A stretch of DNA of 64,000 nucleotides from Candidatus Heimdallarchaeum endolithica (GTDB taxonomy: Archaea > Asgardarchaeota > Heimdallarchaeia > Heimdallarchaeales > Heimdallarchaeaceae): positions 2,080,001-2,144,000 of the forward strand of contig CP084167.1 in the NCBI GenBank assembly GCA_021513715.1, given 5' to 3'. This document shows positions 10,066 to 20,594 of this stretch, piece by piece (the first letter of the stretch is position 1; each line of letters opens with the position of its first letter). The notes under the pieces were generated by a model. That model made no database searches, was not told the origin of the DNA, and worked only from the letters and a program-made list of their open reading frames with translations. Both the position numbers and the translations under genes were made by a program.

Positions 10066-10104
10066 AAAATGGTGGCGGAGAGGAGACTTGAACTCCTGAT
10101 CACC
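10066..10104 (-). repeat. att-like duplication of the tRNA-Pro 3' end (39-bp direct repeat of 12461..12499)
   Basis: AAAATGGTGGCGGAGAGGAGACTTGAACTCCTGATCACC identical at both sites. Confidence 0.92.
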
Positions 10105-10287
10105 AGAACATTTATCCAGAAATAGATTATGAGAAAAGAGTCTTGATTTAAAATCACCATAACTATCTTTTTACAAGTTTGAAAACAGTTAAAACTAAAG
10201 AAAATTACTCTTTATTTAAAATCATCAAAACTAGTGTTTAACCCCTTTTTCGCAAAAATTTATTAATAAAAAAAATGTCTATTTTTT

Positions 10288-11673
10288 ATGCTTTTTACTT
10301 TTAAAAAAAGAAAAAATAATTCGTTCGTGCTTTTACTTGTGATTTTTTCTTCTCTCTTGCTCTTTTCACCTACTTTTAGTCCTATAGTTACTTCTTCTTC
10401 CTCTTCTGGAGTCTTTCCTCCTCCTGCAGAGGGTAGATGGAACATTACCGAACCTACGGTAGTGGAAAACGAGTTTATACACCTTACCAACGACATTTCT
10501 GTTAGGGGAGAAGGCTCTCTTATTCTTCGTAATTGTTTTATTGTTGTTGAACACGACGAAATAGGTTATATAGGGATTACTGCCACAGACAATTCTTCTT
10601 TAGAGATATACGATACAACCATTCTAACTTACACCGATAGCCCGTGGACTATTGTCATATATGAAAATGCTCATCTTCACCTTGAGGATTCCACTCTTAT
10701 TGGTGGGTGGAACAGGACTTATTCTCGCGATTTAATACGTTTATACAGTTCTAACAATGTTGTTATTAACAACTTTATCACTCATACCGAGGGGGCAATA
10801 GAGATCCAATACGGTTCTCACAACTTGGTTAGTGGTAATAACATTTCTTACACTAGATGGGCAAGTGGCATTGATATGACCGACACTTGTTTTAACGTTA
10901 TTACTAACAACCACTTGTTGTATAGTGGAACACATGGAATTTATGGTTCAGGACATAATAACATTATATCAAATAACACTATTATTTATACCAAGTATGA
11001 TGGGTTAGCACTAAGTGGGGATAATAACACCGTTACCGATAACGTTATTTCCGAGAGCAAAGAAAGTGGCTTGTCCGTAAGTGGTTCTAACAATCACCTT
11101 TCTTCTAATATTTTGTTTAATAACAGCAAGTATGGAATGTATATTTACAAATCTGCTTCTAACAACTTTCTCTCGCGTAACGTTTTTTTCAAGAACAATC
11201 CGACTAATAATCTTTCTCAAGCAATTGATGATGGGGCGAATAACACCTGGTTTGACCCCGTCTATTCTATTGGTAATTATTGGTCTGATACTGATGGATC
11301 TGAACCTTACCCTATCGATGGTGCGGCTAAAGCTTTTGACCCTTTTCCTCGTGGAAGCGATTTCGACGAAGATAATCTTCTGGATTATCTTGAAGATCAT
11401 GTTTATGGTACTGACCCCTGGAACCCTGATTCGGATGGAGATCTTTTACCTGACGGTTGGGAAGTTCATTATGGTTCTGACCCTTTAACTAATGACTCTT
11501 ATCTTGACCTTGATGGTGATGGTTTAACCAATCTTGAAGAATTTTATAACCATACCAATCCCTTAATCAAAAACCAAATAATGTACTTGATAATCGTTCT
11601 CACTCCTTTATCCTTCGTTTCTATTTTCTCAGTTAAAAATCTCCTCTTTCTTTTAAAAAATAGGAAAAAATAG
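10288..11673 (+). CDS. Cell-surface NosD/CASH beta-helix protein (copy 2)
   Basis: Close paralog of 7387..8766, with near-identical C-terminal portion and upstream region. Confidence 0.85.
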   Translation: MLFTFKKRKNNSFVLLLVIFSSLLLFSPTFSPIVTSSSSSGVFPPPAEGRWNITEPTVVENEFIHLTNDISVRGEGSLILRNCFIVVEHDEIGYIGITATDNSSLEIYDTTILTYTDSPWTIVIYENAHLHLEDSTLIGGWNRTYSRDLIRLYSSNNVVINNFITHTEGAIEIQYGSHNLVSGNNISYTRWASGIDMTDTCFNVITNNHLLYSGTHGIYGSGHNNIISNNTIIYTKYDGLALSGDNNTVTDNVISESKESGLSVSGSNNHLSSNILFNNSKYGMYIYKSASNNFLSRNVFFKNNPTNNLSQAIDDGANNTWFDPVYSIGNYWSDTDGSEPYPIDGAAKAFDPFPRGSDFDEDNLLDYLEDHVYGTDPWNPDSDGDLLPDGWEVHYGSDPLTNDSYLDLDGDGLTNLEEFYNHTNPLIKNQIMYLIIVLTPLSFVSIFSVKNLLFLLKNRKK

Positions 11674-11832
11674 TAAATTTCCTTATTTCCAATTCTTTTG
11701 TTTTTTTTCCTTTTCGTTTTGTTTTGTTTATTTTTTGCTAGTTCAAATGAAAATAATAGTGATAATGATAATGATAGTGATAGTTTTAGAGATAGTGATA
11801 GACTTTATTTTTCTTTTCTTTTAAATTTGATA

Positions 11833-12429
11833 TTATAATTCTTTACTGTAGTTTAGCAGTGTTTGGTACATGTTTTTTTCCTTTTCTTTTTCTATGTATA
11901 TTCTCCTTTCTTTTACATTTTCTTTTATATAATCTAGTGATAATTCTACTACTCTTACTTTGTTTATTTTTTCTTTCTTTAGTTGTTCTTTCATTTTTCT
12001 TTCCAATATTTGTCTTTCTTTCTCTGTTTCTACTGGTACTTTGTTTATTATCACATCAATTGGATCGATGAATGTACTCTCTGGAAATTTTTTTATTTGT
12101 TCTATTTCTTCAGTTAGATCTTCCAAAGGGGGAATACAGACACAAACTAATTTATCTGATAGCAGTAAAACACTCATTATTTCGGTGTTCGTTATACTTG
12201 GAGAGTCTATCAACACTATTTCATATTTCTTCCGCAGATAAGCTAGTAAATTTCTTATAAAGTTTGCAAAATCTTTATGATGATAGTCTCTATCTTTGTT
12301 AATTAGATCTTCTATTGTTGCTGGAGCAGTAGGGATAATGAAATCTACTCCATAATCGTTTGTAATTATACTTTTCTTAATTATTGTATCAACCGTTTCT
12401 AGTTCAAGGTTGTTTCTATAGTTCTGCAT
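11833..12429 (-). pseudogene. MinD/ParA-family ATPase, N-terminally truncated
   Basis: KYEIVLIDSP (Walker B), SDKLV, VIINKVP present; no deviant Walker A; the frame begins ~35 bp from the tRNA-Pro 3' end. Confidence 0.65.
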
Positions 12430-12464
12430 ATGAACTTAGAAAAAAACGTTAAAATCACATAAAA

Positions 12465-12541
12465 TGGTGGCGGAGAGGAGACTTGAACTCCTGATCACCT
12501 GGTCCCAAACCAGGGGCCATACCAAGCTAGACTACCCCGCC
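12465..12541 (-). tRNA. tRNA-Pro(TGG), CCA encoded
   Basis: CCTGG-TTTGGGA-CCAGG anticodon arm, GTTCAAGT T-loop, GGCGGGG/CTCCGCC acceptor stem. Confidence 0.93.
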
Positions 12542-12709
12542 AGTGCTTTTAGTTGGCGTTTTTGCCATTTTTCTTTTTTCTTTTTTGTCAATTTTTTCTT
12601 TTTCTTGACGGATTACTGCTTCCAAATTATTAATTAAAGTTTTCGCTTTCTGATAGTTACAATTTTTCTTTTTCCCTCCCATTGCTTCTTTTCTCTTTTT
12701 TCTTTATTT

Positions 12710-14329
12710 TTATTTGAATAGTTCTACATTTTCTATCATTATTTTCATGTCTTCTATTAACCAATTATTGCATTGTAACCACATTTTTCCTTCTATAAAT
12801 GCTTTTATTACTTCTTCTGTTGTCAATTGTTTTGTCATCACACTTGGTTCATACTCTCTACTGTCTCTATCTTTTGCTCCGAATATATGGCTTATTTCAT
12901 GTTGTACCAGGCTTTCTGCCCATTCATCTATCACTGTTACTTGTATGTATCCCATTCCTGCTTCATTTAGTGCTTTTTGCAGGTAATTTGATTGAGCGAA
13001 GTGGAAAGCTGCATTTTCTCCTCCAAATATAAATCCGAAATGTTCTCCTGTTTTATTTGTGAAAGCGTTTAGCATATCGAACCCATTATTTTTTTCTGAT
13101 CTTCCTTTTTCTACTATCCACTCTTGTTTTAATCCCAACAATTTTTCTGCATCTTTTATTGCTTTTTCATGCATCTCATCTAAGCTTACTATTTTGTTTT
13201 CACTTTCTAGTTTCCACTCTACTCTTACCAGTGGTATTAGTTTTATACCCAGGTTCTTCTCGAAATATTTTGATGCTCTTTCTACTGCTATCTCTGTCTC
13301 GTTTCTTATTTCCTCTCCTTGTGCTATTTTCCAGTTATTATCTAATATTGCTATGAAAATCTTTTTTTCGTAAGCCCTTATCGACACGTTGTCAATTATT
13401 ATTTCAAAATCTTTTTTTATTTCTTCTGTTGTTGTTATTTCTATTGATATGTTTGCTTCTTCATTTTCTTTTTCTTCTTCTTCTTCTTCTTCTATTTCTC
13501 CAAAAATTATTTTTTGATGCATTTTGCTTTTTTCATCTATTTCTTGCACGTGTTTTCTTTCTTTATTGTTAATTTTCACACTTAATTTTACTTTACTCTC
13601 ATTTTCACTTACTACTTTTACATCCATTTCTAGGTAGTGTATATTTTTTAGTTTAATTTTCTGTGTCATAGTCAATATAGATGTTTGATTTGTTTCTGTC
13701 TTTTCCTCATTTTTTCTTAAGATTAGTGCTTTTCCCTCTGTATACTCATTTTCTTTAAAATTTAGTGTAAATTTTTCTTTATTGTATTCTATTATCCAAT
13801 AATCTCCTTCTTGTTCAAAATTTCCATTTTTTATTCTTTCTTCTTCTTCTCCATGTTTTATAACGAAATTTGCATTTAATCTATGCTTGATTATTTTTCT
13901 TCCAATTTTTAACTCTAGGCGTTCTATTTCATAATTTCCCACGTTTAATGCATAATATCCTTTTTCATTTTTAATTAACGGTTTTAACGATACTGTAATG
14001 TTTGTTCTTTTTGTTTTTAAATTATCTATTTCTATTTTTTCTATGTCTGCTTTGAACACTCCCTCATAAGAGTAATTTTCTGATTTTATCCCCACCAGAC
14101 AATAATCTATTTCTGAGATTTCTTCTATTTTTCTATTCATCTGGACTTTTAATGTCACATTTTCTCCTTTTATGTACTCTTTTTCAAGAAAAATCTCTTC
14201 TACTTTTACTAGTTGAATGTTTGTTACTATCAATATTGTTGCTGCTGACGCAACTATTATTATACCTATGATTTCTAGTGCGCTGATTGACTTTGAGATT
14301 TTTCTCTTCATTATATTCTTTTCTCTCAT
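12710..14329 (-). CDS. Membrane-anchored zincin metallopeptidase (M12/reprolysin-like C-terminal domain)
   Basis: N-terminal TM helix; VQHEISHIFGAKD...SVM (HExxH plus Met-turn). Confidence 0.7.
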   Translation of the reverse strand: MREKNIMKRKISKSISALEIIGIIIVASAATILIVTNIQLVKVEEIFLEKEYIKGENVTLKVQMNRKIEEISEIDYCLVGIKSENYSYEGVFKADIEKIEIDNLKTKRTNITVSLKPLIKNEKGYYALNVGNYEIERLELKIGRKIIKHRLNANFVIKHGEEEERIKNGNFEQEGDYWIIEYNKEKFTLNFKENEYTEGKALILRKNEEKTETNQTSILTMTQKIKLKNIHYLEMDVKVVSENESKVKLSVKINNKERKHVQEIDEKSKMHQKIIFGEIEEEEEEEKENEEANISIEITTTEEIKKDFEIIIDNVSIRAYEKKIFIAILDNNWKIAQGEEIRNETEIAVERASKYFEKNLGIKLIPLVRVEWKLESENKIVSLDEMHEKAIKDAEKLLGLKQEWIVEKGRSEKNNGFDMLNAFTNKTGEHFGFIFGGENAAFHFAQSNYLQKALNEAGMGYIQVTVIDEWAESLVQHEISHIFGAKDRDSREYEPSVMTKQLTTEEVIKAFIEGKMWLQCNNWLIEDMKIMIENVELFK

Positions 14330-14436
14330 TTCAATAATTAAAACGTTTTTAATCAGTAAAAAGTAATAAAATTCAATTTTTCAAAAAAGAACTTAAAAAG
14401 AACTAAATTATCCATTCAGTTCATTATTTTTTAATT

Positions 14437-15126
14437 CTAGTCTTTTTTCTCTTCTATTTTTTCTTTTTGTCCAATTTTTCTTTCTGTTCCTTTTATTAAC
14501 CTTGACACATTTTCCCTATGTCTCCAGATTACGAACAACAAACATATTGCTCCTACTATTGCTGCTTGCCAATTATTGTTAAAGAAAGGATCAGTTCCCG
14601 CGAACAACCATAACAATGGAGGATAGAGCATACCTGCTACTAAATTTGAAAGTGAAGTATATTTAGTTTTTTTAAGTATAACAACCCACAAACTCATTAT
14701 TATTACAAATGCTATTGGATTTATTCCTAATATTGCTCCTCCTCCCACACTTGCTGATTTCCCTCCTTTAAACTTTAACCATACTGGAAAACTATGCCCT
14801 ATTATTGTTGTAAAGACTATTAATGACAGAAATAACCCTTCATTTGTTAATTCTACTTGTCCTATTTTTCCTAGTCCTTCAAAATTTTTTGTCCATATCA
14901 ATATTCTCCCACTTAGAACGGCAATTGTTCCTTTTACCATATCACCTATCATTGTCATTATTCCTGCTTTTTTTCCGCACAGACGCATTACGTTTGCCAT
15001 TCCTATATTTCCACTACCATGTTTTCTTACATCAATATTATAACCTATTTTTCCTATTAAGAAACCTACGGGAATCGAGCCACAAATATATCCTACAAGA
15101 AGTACAAGAATCTCTAAAAGCACCAT
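14437..15126 (-). CDS. plsY: Glycerol-3-phosphate acyltransferase PlsY
   Basis: GSIP, GSGNIGMANVMR, DMVKG, GHSFPVWLKFKGGK, HRENVSRL..GTE motifs. Confidence 0.93.
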   Translation of the reverse strand: MVLLEILVLLVGYICGSIPVGFLIGKIGYNIDVRKHGSGNIGMANVMRLCGKKAGIMTMIGDMVKGTIAVLSGRILIWTKNFEGLGKIGQVELTNEGLFLSLIVFTTIIGHSFPVWLKFKGGKSASVGGGAILGINPIAFVIIMSLWVVILKKTKYTSLSNLVAGMLYPPLLWLFAGTDPFFNNNWQAAIVGAICLLFVIWRHRENVSRLIKGTERKIGQKEKIEEKKD

Positions 15127-15222
15127 GCTTTTCCTACTTTTATGGTATTATTTAAAATTTATTTGCTTTTATAAATAAAAAACAAAAAAAGAAGAGAATT
15201 TATTTAAAATTCTTTATTTTAA

Positions 15223-17337
15223 TTAATTAAGTACTATTTTTACATCTACTGCTGAGATTCCTTTTCCTTCTTCATATGCGAAGAATGGGTTTACGTCCAT
15301 TTCTTTAATATCGTTTTTGAAATCTCTTGCAAGCAGTGATATTTTCACCATAGTGTCAACTATTGCCTTTATATCTGAAGGTTTTTCTCCTCTTACTCCT
15401 TTTAACAATGTGTATGATTTTGTTTTTCTTAACACATTTTCAGCTTCTTTGTAGCTTAGTGGAGCTAAACCGAAAGCTGCATCTTTAAGGAAGTTGGTAT
15501 ATATTCCACCCAATCCTATCATTACTAGTGGACCAAATTGAGGATCTTGTAATATCCCTGTTATTAATTCTCGTCCTAGAGGAGCCATATATTGCACTTC
15601 TATTAGGCTTTCTGCGTTTGGATAATGTTTCTTTACATTTTCCATTATTTCAGTAAAAGCTTTTTCTACTTCTTCTTCATTTTTTATACCTACTTTTACT
15701 CCTCCGATGTCACTTTTATGCATAATTCCTTCCCCTGTTATCTTCATAACTACAGGGAAACCTACTTCTTTAGCGATGTGTTTAGCTTCATCGCTTGTTT
15801 TTGCTAATTTAGCTGCAGGAGTAGTTATTCCATATGCCTTTACCACTTCTTTTGCTTCTGTGCCATATAACGTTTTTCTACCTTCAGCCCTTACTTTCTT
15901 GAATATTTCTTCTACCCTCTGTTTATCTACTTCTATTTCAGGTATAGGTTCATCTTCTGGTCTGTTTTTTATTTTAGCATATCTGGCCATAGCGGACATA
16001 GCTCCAACTCCTCTCTCTGGAAGTGTAAATGTGGGTATTTTGTGTTTCTTCAAATAATATATTGCGGGGCCTAATGATTCTCCCCCTATAAAAACTGCAA
16101 TGATAGGTTTTTCAGGATATTTTTCATGCATCTCCACAATTCTTTCTGCAGTTTCTTGTCCCTCAGTCATAGCTTGTGGCGTTAAAATAACGACTATTCC
16201 ATCTATATTTTCTTCTTTACATGCTAGCTCTATTATCCGTCCATAATCCTCTCCTTGTGCCGTTCCTAAGGCATCTATCGGATTTTTGAAACTTGATGCA
16301 GGAGGTAAAAATTCTCTTAATTTTGCCTCAAACTCGGGAGATATCTCTGCTAGTTCTAATCCTTCTCTTTCGGCAGCATCGGTTGCTAGAATTCCAGGTC
16401 CTCCAGCATTAGTAATTATTACTATTCTGTTTCCCTTTGGTATAGGCATGCAGCTGAATGAAAATGCCATATCAAATAATTCTTCAGCATTATCAGCTCT
16501 TATTACGCCACATTTTTCAAAAGCAACATCATAAGTTGTATCTGCACCAGCCATACTTCCTGTGTGTGAAGATGCTGCCTTTGCTCCAGCTTTTGATCTT
16601 CCTGATTTAATAATAAGGACAGGTTTTGTTCTCGTTACTTCAGAACAAATCTTAATGAATTCTTCTCCTCGATTTATGCTTTCCAAATAAGCTAATATTG
16701 CTTTTGTATGTTCATCTTCACCCAAAGCTTCAATAAAATCTGTTGCGTCTAGGTCTGCTTTATTACCTATACTTATAAAAGATGAGAAGCCAATCCCTTC
16801 TGCTCTACTCCAATCTAGAATACCAGTTAAAAGAGCTCCACTTTGGGATATAAATGCAATATCTCCTCTTATTGGAGTTTGTTCTGCAAAACTTGCATTT
16901 ATAGGTGCAATGGTATCTATTATACCTAAAATGTTAGGTCCTACCATTCTCATGTTGTATTTTTTCACAAGTTCAACTAGTTCCTTTTCAAGTTTTGCTC
17001 CTTCTTCTCCAACTTCTTTAAAACCAGCAGTTATTACAGCAACATATGGAACATTCTTTTCACCTAGTTCTTCAATTGTTGAAGGAATAAATCTTGCAGG
17101 AATACAAATTACTGCTAGATCAATCGTATCTTCGATATCGCTTACACGAGAATAACACTTGACACCCAAAATTTCATAATTATAACGTTCAGCTTTGGGA
17201 TTGACAGCATACAACCTTCCTTTAAAACCGCAATCAATCATATTTTTTAATGCTGCATAACCGACTTTCTTTTCATCAGAAGAAGCGCCAATAATTACCA
17301 CGCTTTCAGGCCTTAATAGTTTTTCAAGCTTAGTCAC
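15223..17337 (-). CDS. acd: ADP-forming acetate/acyl-CoA ligase, fused alpha-beta
   Basis: CoA-binding N-terminus, SSHTGSMAG phospho-His, NAGGPG, HKSDIGGV ATP-grasp domain. Confidence 0.93.
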   Translation of the reverse strand: MTKLEKLLRPESVVIIGASSDEKKVGYAALKNMIDCGFKGRLYAVNPKAERYNYEILGVKCYSRVSDIEDTIDLAVICIPARFIPSTIEELGEKNVPYVAVITAGFKEVGEEGAKLEKELVELVKKYNMRMVGPNILGIIDTIAPINASFAEQTPIRGDIAFISQSGALLTGILDWSRAEGIGFSSFISIGNKADLDATDFIEALGEDEHTKAILAYLESINRGEEFIKICSEVTRTKPVLIIKSGRSKAGAKAASSHTGSMAGADTTYDVAFEKCGVIRADNAEELFDMAFSFSCMPIPKGNRIVIITNAGGPGILATDAAEREGLELAEISPEFEAKLREFLPPASSFKNPIDALGTAQGEDYGRIIELACKEENIDGIVVILTPQAMTEGQETAERIVEMHEKYPEKPIIAVFIGGESLGPAIYYLKKHKIPTFTLPERGVGAMSAMARYAKIKNRPEDEPIPEIEVDKQRVEEIFKKVRAEGRKTLYGTEAKEVVKAYGITTPAAKLAKTSDEAKHIAKEVGFPVVMKITGEGIMHKSDIGGVKVGIKNEEEVEKAFTEIMENVKKHYPNAESLIEVQYMAPLGRELITGILQDPQFGPLVMIGLGGIYTNFLKDAAFGLAPLSYKEAENVLRKTKSYTLLKGVRGEKPSDIKAIVDTMVKISLLARDFKNDIKEMDVNPFFAYEEGKGISAVDVKIVLN

Positions 17338-17743
17338 ACTGATTCACCAAAATCTAACCTTTGTCCTCAACCGATTATTAAATGATTTAAGTGTGTCGAT
17401 TGATATAATTTACTTTTTACGTAAGCTTTTCGCACACGGGCTTTCAAGAGAGAAAACAAAAGGAAGTTTAATTACTTGATAAGTCAACCTAAACGTATAA
17501 TAAGAGGAGACGGTTGAGACAGACATCATACACGAATCGTGGGAATCATAAAGAAGAAAATAACTTTTTTTCTTCACTCCACAAGAGAAAAAAAGAAATA
17601 CAGTTCTCCAAAACAGAGGAAGAAATTCTTTTTCGTCTACTGGGGATGTAACAAAAACTTTAGAAAAAAGGTTAATATTCTGCTAAAAACTATTTTCTTT
17701 TTGAATTATCGCTAACATTTTGTGGTCTTTATAAGTTCTATTT

Positions 17744-18181
17744 TTGTATAAAAAAGGAGAACAATCAAAGGAAAAATTAGGAGTGAAAATATTGTCTTTT
17801 GGAATTCTAACAAATAAAATTAGTGAAGAAATAACTGATTGTATAAGTGAATTAAGATTCAAGTCACCAGGGATTTTAGATATAGCAGTTGTTTCTGTCG
17901 AAGGGTTACCCATAGCTTCATTAATGTTGGACAACATTGATGAAACTCGCATTTCAGCAATGACTGCAGCAAGCTTGTCTCTAGGGGAACGTGTGGTTTC
18001 AGAATTAAGAAAAGGAAAAGTAAAAAAAATTCTTATTGAAGGAGATAATGGATATATTGTTACAATGCAAGCAGGAGAAAATGCAGTTATCACCGTTTCC
18101 ACCACGCCAGATACAAAACTTGGTTTACTATTTCTAGATTTAGAAAGAGCAGCTATTAAATTAGGGAAACTATTGACTTAA
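17744..18181 (+). CDS. Roadblock/LC7 (MglB-like) protein; true start may be slightly downstream
   Basis: AVVSVEGLPIAS...RISAMTAASLSLGER...KLGLLFL. Confidence 0.9.
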   Translation: MYKKGEQSKEKLGVKILSFGILTNKISEEITDCISELRFKSPGILDIAVVSVEGLPIASLMLDNIDETRISAMTAASLSLGERVVSELRKGKVKKILIEGDNGYIVTMQAGENAVITVSTTPDTKLGLLFLDLERAAIKLGKLLT

Positions 18182-18204
18182 AAATAGAAAATTGTATGCT
18201 AAAA

Positions 18205-20562
18205 TCACTTTATAATAAATTTTGAATAGGGTAAACTTAAATCTTTAACTACAGAGGTTATTTCCTCATTTGAGTAAATCTGCCTTAGTTGTTTAATAAT
18301 TATAGGAGAGGACAATATTTTTGAAAGAAATTCATTTTCGCGTTTAATATTAATGACTTCAGGTTTCTGCGTAAAGACAATTTCTTGCAACACTTCTTCT
18401 AATTCTGAAGATAGTTTCTCTCTAAGATAAATTTCAAAAACCAAAGAATTTATTATAAACTCGAGTTTAGATCTGACTTGCATATATAGTCTATCATCCA
18501 ATTGAAGTGCTTGTGCTCTGTACATACACTCAGAAAAGAAACTTACCACTTTTTGGTTGTGAGAGACTTGAATAGGTAGAGTGGTAATTTGACTTGTTCT
18601 AAAATCGTAGAGATAGTAAATTTTTTTGTTTCTGTGTTTAATATAATAATGTAAAAGTTCTGAATTTAGAAGAGAAAGAAGAAAAAACCAGTCCAACTTA
18701 GAACGCATTTCTTGTTTGATAACAAGAGTGATAACATCTGTTTCATTAATCGTTAGGGGCGTTTTACTTTTAACTAAAGCAAATCTATTAATTGAAGACT
18801 GATATGGCGTTACGATTTTTGGAACACTATCAATTAAATTTAAAGAGCGATAGGCTGCATAATCAAAGAAGTTCTTACTACCATATTTTTTTTGTGTTTC
18901 TTTGAGTTTCTCGATATACTTATGTAGATACTGCTCAATCATAGGGTAATCTGAAATAGACTTGTCTTTGAGAAATATCCAATATCGCTCTTGTTTTTTA
19001 AGAAAATAGCGGATAATATCACTATTTTTAATTAATCTTCTTAAAACTCTTTGTTCATTTTCAGGGAGAGAAAGTTTAACTTTTTTATATCCTTCAAATA
19101 TATTATCTTTAATTTTTTTTAAAGTAAATATTGAATTATTACCTGTTGAACAACCCTTCCCGATATAACACACACCAGGAATATTATTTTCTTTATCTCC
19201 TCCAAGTGTTAAACAACTATGTTCATCGAGATATTCAACCAGTTTAGGAACATTAAAGTTCCATCTTGAAGAGGAGAGGGATTCTTGATCGATTTGTTTA
19301 ACAAGAAAATCATGTTTATTGATAGAGGTTATTCTCTCAGAATTTTGTAAAATATAAACATCAAACAATCCTTTTTCTTTTCTTTTTTCTAAAGTTACAA
19401 TAGAAACATCGACCCCCAACTTTTTTTCGCTCTCAGAAAACAAACTCCTATTACTTTGGAAGTCCATGATTTCAAGGATTCTAGAATTCTTCTGGATAAA
19501 ATATCTCAATTTATTGCTATCTTTACCCTCTAACCAGTATCGAGGAACTATAAAAGAAACAACCCCAGAGGGACGTAATATTGATAATGCACGTTCCCAG
19601 AAAACGTTAGATAGATCACCGTTGGGATTATAAGTTTCATAAATGCTTGCATAAATATATCTTTCAATTTGTGGTAAACGTTTAACATTGATGTAGGGGG
19701 GATTTCCTACGATAATATCAAAACCTTCTCGATTTCTCAATTGAGGAAAAAATAATTTCCAATGAACTAATTTTTGTTTTCTTAAAAAGTTATAAACTTC
19801 TGTGACTAATGTTTTTTTTCTAAATTTAGATAAAAAAAGTTCAACCCAGTGGTTTGTAGAATCCTTTCCATTAATATATCCTTTATTAATAAAACCTAGT
19901 AAACTATTCCCTTGTCTAAAATTAGCGCGAGGAAGTTTAATATTAGAACAATTTAGAGCTTCCATTACTTGTTTAAATAACTTTAATTGAGCCAATTCTA
20001 TAGCCTTTGCGGAAAGATCAACACCAAAAAGACTATTCTGAACGATATCTATAGCGATTTTTTTGCTTTCCTCTTCTAATTCAGAAGGAGAAGGAGAATA
20101 TAAAAGAATAAATACGTTTTTACGCAGTAAAAATAAGTAATCAAATGTATAGATGAGAAAGACACCCCAACCCATCGATATATCACAGACAGTTATATTT
20201 GGAAAAATATGTTGGTGTAAATATGTTAGAATCTTTTTTTCATGATTTGAGAGATTTGAGTTAAGAGACAAGATTTTCTTAACTAATTGCTGAATATTGC
20301 TGTCAAACTTCGATAAATACCAAAGAAAAGCGTTAGAAACAATATAATCAACTATAAAGTCAGGGGTATAGTAGATACCAAAGTTTTTTTTCTTGGAACT
20401 ATTAAATAAATTCAATTCAGACTCATAGATATTTATTTTATGCACAACATCAGAAAGAGATAAAGGAATATAGGAGGTCAATTTTGCTATCCAGAGTATG
20501 TATTGGAGAAAAATAAAAAAGGTTACGCTTAAAGAACAAAAAAAGAATAAAGTTCTAAACAA
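18205..20562 (-). CDS. N6-adenine DNA methyltransferase (Eco57I/TaqI-like, gamma class)
   Basis: GIYYTP, motif I variant DISMGWGVF, GFDIIVGNPPY, TaqI_C-like LLNS region. Confidence 0.88.
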   Translation of the reverse strand: MFRTLFFFCSLSVTFFIFLQYILWIAKLTSYIPLSLSDVVHKINIYESELNLFNSSKKKNFGIYYTPDFIVDYIVSNAFLWYLSKFDSNIQQLVKKILSLNSNLSNHEKKILTYLHQHIFPNITVCDISMGWGVFLIYTFDYLFLLRKNVFILLYSPSPSELEEESKKIAIDIVQNSLFGVDLSAKAIELAQLKLFKQVMEALNCSNIKLPRANFRQGNSLLGFINKGYINGKDSTNHWVELFLSKFRKKTLVTEVYNFLRKQKLVHWKLFFPQLRNREGFDIIVGNPPYINVKRLPQIERYIYASIYETYNPNGDLSNVFWERALSILRPSGVVSFIVPRYWLEGKDSNKLRYFIQKNSRILEIMDFQSNRSLFSESEKKLGVDVSIVTLEKRKEKGLFDVYILQNSERITSINKHDFLVKQIDQESLSSSRWNFNVPKLVEYLDEHSCLTLGGDKENNIPGVCYIGKGCSTGNNSIFTLKKIKDNIFEGYKKVKLSLPENEQRVLRRLIKNSDIIRYFLKKQERYWIFLKDKSISDYPMIEQYLHKYIEKLKETQKKYGSKNFFDYAAYRSLNLIDSVPKIVTPYQSSINRFALVKSKTPLTINETDVITLVIKQEMRSKLDWFFLLSLLNSELLHYYIKHRNKKIYYLYDFRTSQITTLPIQVSHNQKVVSFFSECMYRAQALQLDDRLYMQVRSKLEFIINSLVFEIYLREKLSSELEEVLQEIVFTQKPEVINIKRENEFLSKILSSPIIIKQLRQIYSNEEITSVVKDLSLPYSKFIIK

Positions 20563-20594
20563 GAAAAGAAAATAGACAAAAAATAATTAGTTAT

